In this document: piece after piece, positions 28,069-37,869 of the stretch
Layout: the number at the start of each line of letters is the position of its first letter
Numbering within the stretch: position 1 is the first letter of the stretch
From: Geosiphon pyriformis uo1
Taxonomy: Eukaryota; Fungi; Glomeromycota
Reading direction: 5' to 3'
NCBI GenBank assembly: GCA_016748015.1
Contig: JAAOMT010000742.1
Coordinates: 117,684-181,683 of the forward strand
Length of the DNA stretch: 64,000 nt
The notes under the pieces: model-generated
Told to the model about the DNA's origin: nothing
Seen by the model: the letters and a program-made list of their open reading frames with translations, nothing else
Database searches by the model: none
Made by a program: the position numbers and the translations under genes

Positions 28069-29516
28069 TTACCATGGAGGCCCTTCAGGTGGGCATTCCA
28101 TCATCATTCCTAAATAAGGGCCATTATGCGCGGCATAATTTTCAGTTTTATATTGGTTATTGCACTCCTTTAAAGAAACCGCGAATAAAGATTTTTGATT
28201 AAATGGTGCTGTAAAATGCTTATAATGTAAAATAGTCTTTTTAAAAAGTTTACCAAACTCTCTCCGATAAATTTTTCCGGGCCTAATAGTGGTCCGTTAC
28301 AAAGAAATAAATTTCCAGTGGCACACAAACAATCATCTAGCTCTATCCAAATTTCATTAATCGTGTGAGCATAAAATCTTTGGAAAACATTAGGCGGCAA
28401 CCTTGGAACATAATCATCCATGTTAGTGACCCGAAAAATTCTAAGAGTGGTATTGGAAAAAGAATTCACATAATTTGCAAACTGAAGATTGCCAATATGA
28501 GGTTGTCCTAAAGTAATAATGCTTAATTTTTGTCCAAATTTCCGTGATATTAAATCCAGCAATCCAAGTAAAGCATACACTAAAATATTTATATTAGAAA
28601 TACTTAATATTAAATAAGGAACTTTTATGGATGACTTACTTTTAAAAAAAAATTATTTAAGCTCACCCCCACCCGAGCCATGTCCAACTCCCGTGATATG
28701 TGTTATAACTTTCTTTTCAAGAGCCTTATCAATGCACTTTTGGAAATTAACCTGAATATTTTGGAAACGTCTATTGAACTCAATGTCGATTTTGGCACCA
28801 TCGACCTTAGGATAGGGGACCAGCGCTTTCTGCTTGGCTTCCCAAAATCTCTGATCTCCTATTGGCTCACCTCTTACAGCAATAATACCTTGGCTTCCTT
28901 GCGTAAAAAATTCTGCTAAAGGAAAGCAAAATTGATGTTAGCCCATTAAAAAATTGAAAAGCTATACCTTTCAATTTCAATAATCCAAAATACCATAAAT
29001 TCCTGGCCCAATAGCTGTTTCCTCATCGAAACAATAAGAAAGCATGGCAAATCGTATATAATATTTTAGAGGATCGGATTGACGTATGAGAGTTTTTCTC
29101 CCTTGGGAAGTTCTTTTTGAAAAAAATTTCCTTTTGGTGTCAAAATTCGTATTGAGACTAGATAAATTAACAGGTAGTGAGATATTTGGTTTTGGAAAAA
29201 AAATTATCTGGCTTTTAAAATTTGGGATTGGTAAATATAGTTTTTATTGTATAACAGCATTTTTTAGTTGCTTCACAGCGATTGTCGAATTAGTTATATG
29301 ATCAGTGAAAATTGAAAGGGCATTAGAATGTTGGTTTTTTATTATTTCAACTTCTTTAGGAATGTATTGGAGCCTCCAGGGCTTTTTCAACAAGATGTAA
29401 TTTAGTCCCAAAAGAAAAGCGATAAGAAAAACTGAACTTTTTAATTGGTTCTTGATATTAAATTGAGTATGTCCTTGAAACTGGGTTTTCCGAACCTCTT
29501 TTATTGGAAATATTCA
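28069..29516 (-). pseudogene. Lipase_3-fold protein 7 (GHGSGG); core exons intact, but exon 1 has an in-frame TAA and no in-frame ATG
   Basis: TM SVFLIAFLLGLNYILL, then stop TAA at 29244-29246, then FAMLSYC..GIYG, AVRGE, VGHGSGG, TLGQPH, DYVP, CLC, AHNGPYLG..ECP. The ATG at 29516 is out of frame. Confidence 0.7.
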
Positions 29517-30249
29517 TTTCTAAATGGCTATTAGTCTCATTGTCACCCGTAGAAACTCTCTTATTTTTTAAAATTCAAATTTAAATCAAATAGTTCAGTT
29601 CCTTTATCTAGCCTGTTTATTAATTTAGTTTGCAAAATACCCTTTATATCTTTATGTAGCAATCAAAAGAAAATTTTTAACAAGTAATGTATTTCAAAAA
29701 TTTTTACTAATATTGAACTATGAATCATCTATTTCATTAGATTTGCAGAATTATTAGAGTGAAATATCATTGTAAAAATTTTTAAGAAAATTTCAACTAT
29801 TTGCTTTTATTTATAAATAATGCTATTCTTACAATATAGGTTTTTCCAAATCAAGCTTGTTTCCTAAATATTATTTTTGTTTAATAGCAGTGTCTAAGAT
29901 GTATGATAAGACCAATAAATTTTCACAATGCATCACTGTATTTATGTTTTCTCAAGTCTTTTGTAAAAATGAAATTCAAAGCTTTGATCTAATACCTTTA
30001 AGAATTTAATTTAATTACGCCGGATGTTATTCAAAATCTAAACGGCTTTCATGATGAATAAATTATGTAACTATAAATGAGGAAACAATAATAGGGAATG
30101 GGTACTGCGTAATGATCGACAGTTTTTTCTTCACTAGTAATTTTCCTATCGAACGACCTCAACAATGAAAAAGAATCTAATCCATCAAAATAAACTCGCC
30201 TGGAGTTTTTAAAGATAATTCTTGAAGTATTAATTTATTAATTTTCTAA

Positions 30250-32646
30250 TCAATTTCGAGGAAAGACGAGAATATTGTAACATTTGGTCCTCCAGGATGG
30301 TGTGATAAATTCGATGATTTCGAGATTTTGATCAGGAATACTCTGTAGTTTATAGCGATGCAAGATTGTTGCTAGGAAAAGACGAATTTCTTGAAGAGCA
30401 AGGCTAAAAAATATTTTTACTATAATCAACTTTGCTTCAATGAGTCATAAATTTTGCATTAAAGGAAATAAAAATAGTTATTACCTGTTGTCAATGGAAC
30501 TGATGGTCCCTTTAAAAATGAAAAAATTAATGGTGACCGCACAAAAATGTAACGCATTTTAATTATACTTTAAGATTAATTTAATTTGATACCTACCAGC
30601 TCCACATGGATAAAAGGCATCTCGAGGAACAGGATTTGTTGGATTCATCCATCGCTCAGGTACAAATTCTTCAGCATCCTGGCCCCAATATTGGGTGGAA
30701 CGATGAATACTGTGAACTTGGGCCACCACTTCCATCTGTTTGGCCAATATAAAATTAAAACTATCTTTAATTAAAAAAAAAAAATAAGAATTTGAAACCA
30801 ATTACCCCTTTTGGTATGAGATGTCCACCCAGAACAATATCATCTTTTGCTTTTGTCTTGAAAACTTCAGCTAAAGAGTAAATAATAAATTTTCTTAACT
30901 TTACTATTTTTTACTTATTTAGAATATCACAATATATTTTTTACTTAGGGGGGAAGGCCATAGCCTCATTGATTCTTTAATAACCGCATTCAAATATCGT
31001 AAATTTTTAAGATTATCATGTCTTGGCAATTCATCGTTATAGGCGGAAGACAAAGAAGTATCGATTTCGAGATAAAGTTTTCTCAATTTTTTGGGATGTT
31101 GAACGAGTAAAATTAAGGTCATCAAAACGTTGAAAGCAATCAAGTCACTTTCTGAAATCCTAAGAATGAATTCATAAGGATGAGAAAAACGTATAGCATA
31201 ATGGTTTTAGAGAAAATATTTTTAACTTACAAAAATTCCATCAATTGTTCTTTAATCTTATCATCCGTTAGGCCATGTTTAACTTGGCTGGATACGTCAA
31301 GTAACATTTGTAGAAGGTCATTTTTTGGAGCAGAAATGCTTTGTCGACGGTTTTTTATCAAGCGAAAAAAGAACTTTGAAATAAAAAATTAGTTTTTAAT
31401 TAATAAACAAGTATTATTAATAATATTTATCAATGCGTATAAGTAAAATATTTCAAGTACGTTGCTAAAATATGGGTCCTCATTCCAGACCAACTTTAAG
31501 AATGGAAATTGAGAAATCTTTTGAAAATTCAAGATTAGTTAAATCACGTTAGGATAATGAAGCTAAAAAGTATTTTAATGAAATGATACTCACAAAGAAT
31601 TTTCTTTTCAAAGCCTCTCTTACTTTCTTGAAGAATGGATGTGCTTCTATTTGAATCAAATCAAAACTGATACTAAAAGCAGCTTCACCAACTATCTCCT
31701 AAATTGCAAAAAAAAAATATGTTTAATGTATCAAATATCCCGTTTTCAAATTAAGCTTAATATTTTTATTCTTAAATAATATTACCAATGTGCATCTTTG
31801 AATAAGGTCAGAAAAGTTTATAATCAAACCCTTTTTTAAGTCCCCGCCCTTTAATTCTTGGTCAATTTTTTGAATAATTTGACCCATAGACTTTTGCATC
31901 AATGGTTCAAGACTTGATAAATTTTTGATTAAAGGGGTGTATAAAAGAAAATATCTCTAAAAAGGATGGAATAAAAAATTAGTAGCACATAAGGATATCC
32001 ATCAAACACGTACTTTTAAGAAGATTACATTTATTGTGAAAATCTATTCAGAAGATATAATAAAAAACGTTATATATTAAAATAATATTTTTAAAATATC
32101 AAAATTTATTCGTTATTAACCTGTTTAATGGCATCTCGATCGGCTATCATGACCTTTTGAAAACCTAGATACGAAAGAAGCATAGACTGAAAATCACATT
32201 TATAAACGCCTTATAATTAAAAATTTTATTTGAAATGTATTAACTTACTTGTTCGCACTATAGATCCATATTTCGGAAATAAATTGAACTGCCAATAGCT
32301 CCAGCTATTTTGACAAAGGCAAAACTATTGAGTTAATGTACAAGGATTTTTCAATCTGTTAATAGTTCGATACCAACCTTATTCCTCGAACTGCAATGTA
32401 TAACATGTATAATCCATGGAAACTAAACAAACTAGGCCCAGGTATTTTGCGTTTATCACCAATACGTAGTTTCTGTTTTTCAAAAAGAGGTGTAAACATA
32501 ATGTGACGCGCCAACATAATCCCAATATTGGATGAAATTCATTTTACATTGTAAATTAGACTTGAAAAAATAAAGGCAGCAAAACCAGTCAAAAATTTGA
32601 ACACTATCTCTCTGCCAATAGGTAGGAACTCTATAAATGTCTCCAT
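30250..32646 (-). CDS. Cytochrome P450-fold protein with degenerate heme-binding and I-helix motifs; about 14 exons, ~455 aa
   Basis: N-terminal anchor, IPGP, KYGSIVR, DLLQMLL, YLNAVIKESMR (ExxR), GHLIPKG and FVPERW are present. The heme loop reads FYPCGAGTISSIDNSLALQE and the I-helix reads EFLISESDLIAF. All exons join in frame at GT-AG sites. Confidence 0.88.
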
Positions 32647-33566
32647 AGTTAACGAATTTTGATAGATACCATCGCGTCGCTCAGCTTAAAGTTTTATAAT
32701 TGATGAGGGATGTTTAGTATGATCTGCAACCTATAGTTTTAGATTTGATTGCCTGTTTTTAGATCTGCCAGAAATAAAGTTCATAATAAATAAGTGTATA
32801 ATAAAAAATCCTCATGGATATCAAAACGATAGCCTTTCAATTCGTTCTGTATATTTGATGATGAAAAACTTGATAAATATAAAGGCTGATTTTCGTGAAA
32901 CAGGCAGCTGAATTCCTAAAAACTGATTCTCATTATTACCACTATAATGAGTAATTTTGTACATGTGTGTTGACACATTTGATGAGGATAATTGAAACAG
33001 TAAAAATTCAAGATTTCCCATTTATATCTGGTATCAGACAAATATTTTAAACTTGTTGAAAAAAAAGTTACAAGAAATAGTAATTCTGAAAAGAGATCAT
33101 TCCCGAAGATTTGGCAATATTCTGCCTAGGAATAGTTCTAAATTTGCAGCTTATTCAGAAAAGACAATCGTTGAAAAGTTTCGACGAGAGCTTTTTAAAT
33201 TGGTAGCCCATCGAAAACCAATTTATTTTCAACTCATTTTGATGTTTACAATTTAAATAAACTAGTTAAGAAATATCTTTTTGCAATAATAAAGAAAAAT
33301 TAATTAATTAATTAATTTAAAAAGATATTTTTATAATTTTTATTTTAATATTTCGTCAACTTATTTAGATTGAAATAGTTTGCTGAAATTTTAAAGATTT
33401 GATAAAGTTCATCAAAAATAAAAGTAATCTCATAAAATTTATTTTTAAAATTCAAACATGAAAATTTCAAAGTTCTATTCAATAAGTTTGAATAGAGTAG
33501 AATGCGAAAAGAGAATATAACTAATAAAACACAAGAAAAAATAGTTTACAAAAGAAACTGACAGAT

Positions 33567-34806
33567 TTAGAGAACTGGAAATGTTGTGCCAAAATATGGG
33601 CCAAAGTGAGCTGTAGTGCTTGATCCATCTGTTGACAAGCTACATTCCTTTGGAAATGAAACAAACCCATTCATAAGTAAAAGATAATAAATTTTGGATA
33701 AATTAAAAGTTGAGAACGTACCGGATTTTCACCATATCGAAGCGAAGCTTTAATATTATATCCAGGGCATTTATAGATTTTTGGCTCACCATTAATTTCT
33801 GCACAATCACAATCATCTGATATCCAATACTCTAATTCATGATGCATATATTCAGGTTCAATTGGATGTATCTTTGGTTGATGAGGAAAATGGTCATTTT
33901 TGTTGGTTACACGATATAATGTGAGCAGGCTATTAACATATTTGGCAAAGTATGCGTTTCCAATTCTCGGTTCCCCAAAAGTTACCACAATCCATTCTAT
34001 ACTTATATTAGGATCACCGCGAAAAACTTCCGAGAAAGTTTCTTTCAACTGGACAGCAGCAAGCAAAGCGTAAACTTTTTAAGATAAAAAATTTAGGTTT
34101 GATATGACAAACTTTTATATATAACCAAAAAATACCAATAATTATACCTCCTCCAAGTCCATGTCCGGTAAAATAAATCTTGAGTCCAACAAATGCATTT
34201 GTATTTTTAAGGAAATCAATTATAAATCTTTGAGCCTTTAACGCAATGTCAACGGAATTTCGCAGCCATTCACCGTCAACTAAGGCCTTCCCAATTTTCT
34301 TGTATTTTTGTAAAGAAGGTATTCTTGAAGCCCATTCTTGTGGTCCCATCCTTTTTCTACTTCCCACAAAAATTATGAATTCTTTATATAGAGCAAGTTC
34401 TTCAAAGTCAGCTATTAAAGAAAAATTTTAAAAATCAGTCTTCCTTGACTATCTTACTAAGTATTTGATTGCTTCTGTTTATCAACTCACCTACTACATC
34501 GGGCACTTCTAAACCCAGCCGATTTCCTCTGGGAGAAAGATATGGTTTCTCAGCGAATTTGGCCATTCGAGCCAAGAGACTTAAAGTCGCTGGATTTGTG
34601 ATAATTGATTTTGGTTGAGAGTTTTTAGGTTTTTTACCAAACCCTTCCGCAACTATTTCTACTGATTTCAATATCTTTGGGAAAAGGGAATAAGGTCTTT
34701 TTAAATCTGTAAAGCCAACAATTTCCCCTTTCAAAATTGGAGTTTCTCCATGAGCTATTCGAAAAAAAACACTCAAAGAGAGAAATAAGAGAATCAAGTT
34801 CATCAT
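33567..34806 (-). CDS. Lipase_3-fold protein 8, predicted non-catalytic (GHGLGG); signal peptide; 4 exons
   Basis: MMNLILLFLSLSVFFRIAHG; AEKPYL, IFVGS, TGHGLGG, TFGEPR, DHFP, HHELEYWISDDCDC, AHFGPYFG. Confidence 0.9.
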
Positions 34807-35677
34807 ATTGGAATAATTTAGCCAGCCGAAAACCTTTAGCCAAAAGTCACTATTTCCAAAAAATATTTTTTTATTTTAAAACAAATAAAGTTTAGTTACA
34901 ATTGATTTAAAGTCAAATGGAACATCGTTGATTTCCAAACTTTGGAAATCTTTTACAGGGCTTCGGATTAACCTTGTTGTTTAGCTACGCACAAATATTT
35001 TCGGGAAAATAATAAAATTCACTTCTAATGTTTTAGTCATCAATGCTATGTCGTATTATCAAATGGAACATATGATTTTATATTCGTTTTTAAAGAAAAT
35101 TTTTTAATGCCAAATGGAGTATGACTCCTATTAGGTGAGTTTACTTTCAATTATTTTATCTGAGCCTCAAAAATATTCTCCCCAATATAGTCATATCAAA
35201 TTTTTGATTCATCCATCTGGAATTAAACGGATTAGTCCGTCTGTTGAAAGTATTAATTTTTTGTGTAACATAAAGTAAATCTTGCGAACTCGGATGAAAC
35301 TTTTATTCTCCAACTGAAACCTACTCTGAACTTTTGCAATTTATTCCTTTCGGATTTTCTCCTGATTAATTGACTCTTTGGCTGCATTCCCTTTATCTTT
35401 GAAAAAAAAATTTGATTTGCTAAACATAAATAAACATGAAACATTTAATTAATCTCGTTCATTTTAAAATCATATAGAGACTTGAAAGTGATAGGATTAA
35501 TATACCAATGATACAAATCTTCATTTGCGAAAATCGTAGAGACGATGTTCAAACTTCATATTGTTAAAAGACTTCCAGCGAAAAGTGAATTCAATTGTCT
35601 GGACAAAACTTCCTTCCAAATCTCATCTTTCTTTTGTTTTTTTCCCTTCGATTAACTGACTTAGCTTTCTATTTAAA

Positions 35678-37869
35678 ATGTTTTCTAAAGTATTTAAAAT
35701 AAAAAACGATAAATTTTACTCTTTCATAGTTTTAGCATTATTTCGATCTCTTACTTTTGATATTATACTATTTAATTCATGTTTAACTTTACCAACGCTT
35801 TCCTCATATTCTCCACCAGGGCGATATGGACATACAGCAGTACTAGTCAATCAAAAAATTTATTTTCTGGGTGGAATAGATTCTACTTCCGATCATATTT
35901 TTGACGATTTCTTTAGCTTAGATTTGTCCAAACGTTTTAATACAAATTCAAATTCGTTTGAATTGATACATAATAAAAAATCAATTCCAAAGGTAGCACG
36001 AGCAAGTGCCTTTGTGGTTCATGATACAAAAATTCTGGTTTGCGGTGGTATTGAGGTAAGGAAAAATAGTTATTTGAATTTGATTTATCTCGAAAATCTT
36101 TTTGGCTATAATGTTAAAAGTATTTAACAGAAAGTGAGCGACATCAAAACCAACGGTACTGAGACCATACGTGCGAGTCGTTCAATATACTCAATCGACC
36201 TGAAATCTACAGATTCATGGACGAAAAAAGGTTTTAATTCTGAACTAGAATTTGCAACGAGAAATAAAACATTTCCATTTACTATTGACCAATCGGGCAA
36301 GATTTATGCATTCATCAGCTCAAGAGTGATCAATGATTCTTCGTATACTTATTATCAAAATTTGAATGAAACCAATTTGAATTTGATCGAAAATTCTTCA
36401 ATTTCAATTTTAAACAATAAAACTTCACGTTTTGTAAATGAATCGGCGGTCTATGTATTTGATACAGTCACCAACAGTTGGTCGATGAGACAACCAAAAG
36501 TTAAGGGAAATAGTGAGACCCCATTGCCAGGATATGAGTTTACGGCTACCTTTTTAGATGATGGGCGGATTGTATATATTGGTGGAAAAAGTAATAATGG
36601 GAATTATGCGGATATGAGTAAAGTAAGTCTTTGCGGAAAGGTTATTGCTTGACTTGAATTTAGACTAAAGACTTTCGATAAACTTATAGATTTGGACATA
36701 TGACACGAAGAAAGACGAGTGGAATATAAATGTAAGTTAAAATTTAGATAGTTATCAAGATTCTTAAATGATGCAAAATTTTTAGTTGACTTATTCTTCT
36801 TTTCGCTGACAGTCTGTGAATCCGAAAGGTGACACTATTACTCCAAGGAAACTTCATTCAGCCATCTTAGGCAAGTAGTTAGCAAAGAAGGAGATTGAGA
36901 ATTGTCTTTTATTATGGGATTTTAAACTAATTTTTTATTGAAATATGAAACTTTTTTTTTTTTATAAAAGTCAATAATAGCAAGATAATTATATATGGTG
37001 GTTTCTCAGATCTATCGATTACAGGTGCAAATGCACTTGCCATTTTAGATACGCGAAATTGGATTTGGAAAATACCAAAAAATGACAATCAGAACAGTAT
37101 TCCATTCTCACATTCTGCCATCTTTTACCGTGATTATATGATTGTAGCTTTTGGTAAGTTTGGATACGCAGCGAAAGTTTTGGCATATTTACTTTCCTGC
37201 TGATTCAAATATAAATCCCTTTAATTATTTGTAGGTTATGTGCCACTAGGAAACAATATAACCACAGGCAAACCAATCGAAAAGAATTACCTTAGCATTC
37301 TGGACACATCTAACAATTCTTTCAACTGGTTAACAGCATATATTCCAAGAGATAAACTCACCCCTGGCACAAGCTCTAAAACAGAAAACAATTCAATCCC
37401 TGACCACTTAAACATAGATGCTTCTACCTCAAAATCATCGATCGGAAAAATAGTCGGACTCTTAATTGGTTTAAGCGTATTTATCTTTGGTGGTCTGTTA
37501 TTCTGGTTTTGTTGGCGACGAATAAAGAAAAATGATATAAGAAGACAAAGAAATACTCCTGTCTTTTTATCACCACCTGAAAAATCATTGGTTGTTCCAG
37601 CTTTATCAGCAAGTATGCTAAATCGAAACTCAACTTCTCCAAAGCCAAGTATACAAACCCTTGATTCAATTGAAAGCGATTTATCAACAACAACGTCTAG
37701 TTTGAATACTCCAGAATTCCCAAATTTGGATTCATATATTGTACGTGGTAATCGGGGTGTTTCTTTGTCGGGACAGTTACCACCACCACGACCAAAATTT
37801 CTATCAGTCCCGCCAATGAGAGTCACCAGTTCGGGACATATTTCAGCTTCAGTTGTTCATGCTTTGTAA
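35678..37869 (+). CDS. Kelch beta-propeller single-pass membrane protein with Ser/Pro-rich cytoplasmic tail; about 6 exons
   Basis: PGRYGHTA..IYFLGG, IVYIGG, PRKLHSA, IIIYGG, FSHSA..MIVAFG; TM IVGLLIGLSVFIFGGLLFWFCW followed by RRIKK. Confidence 0.88.

Noticed and set aside
30585-30600. Alternative P450 donor (AG|GTATCA) that might restore the heme motif
   Set aside because: Joined to the micro-exon it gives an in-frame TGA, and I found no CxG-encoding exon between 30405 and 30595.
9363-34160. RNA editing restoring the catalytic Ser in the pseudo-lipases
   Set aside because: A-to-I editing converts Ser AGY to Gly, not the reverse. The GGA codon of gene 8 cannot become Ser by a single first-position change, and other catalytic motifs are also lost.
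37287-37826. 179-aa antisense ORF, and similar short antisense or overlapping ORFs over the lipase, F-box and GRF genes
   Set aside because: These are shadows of real coding exons on the other strand or frame, with no independent motifs.
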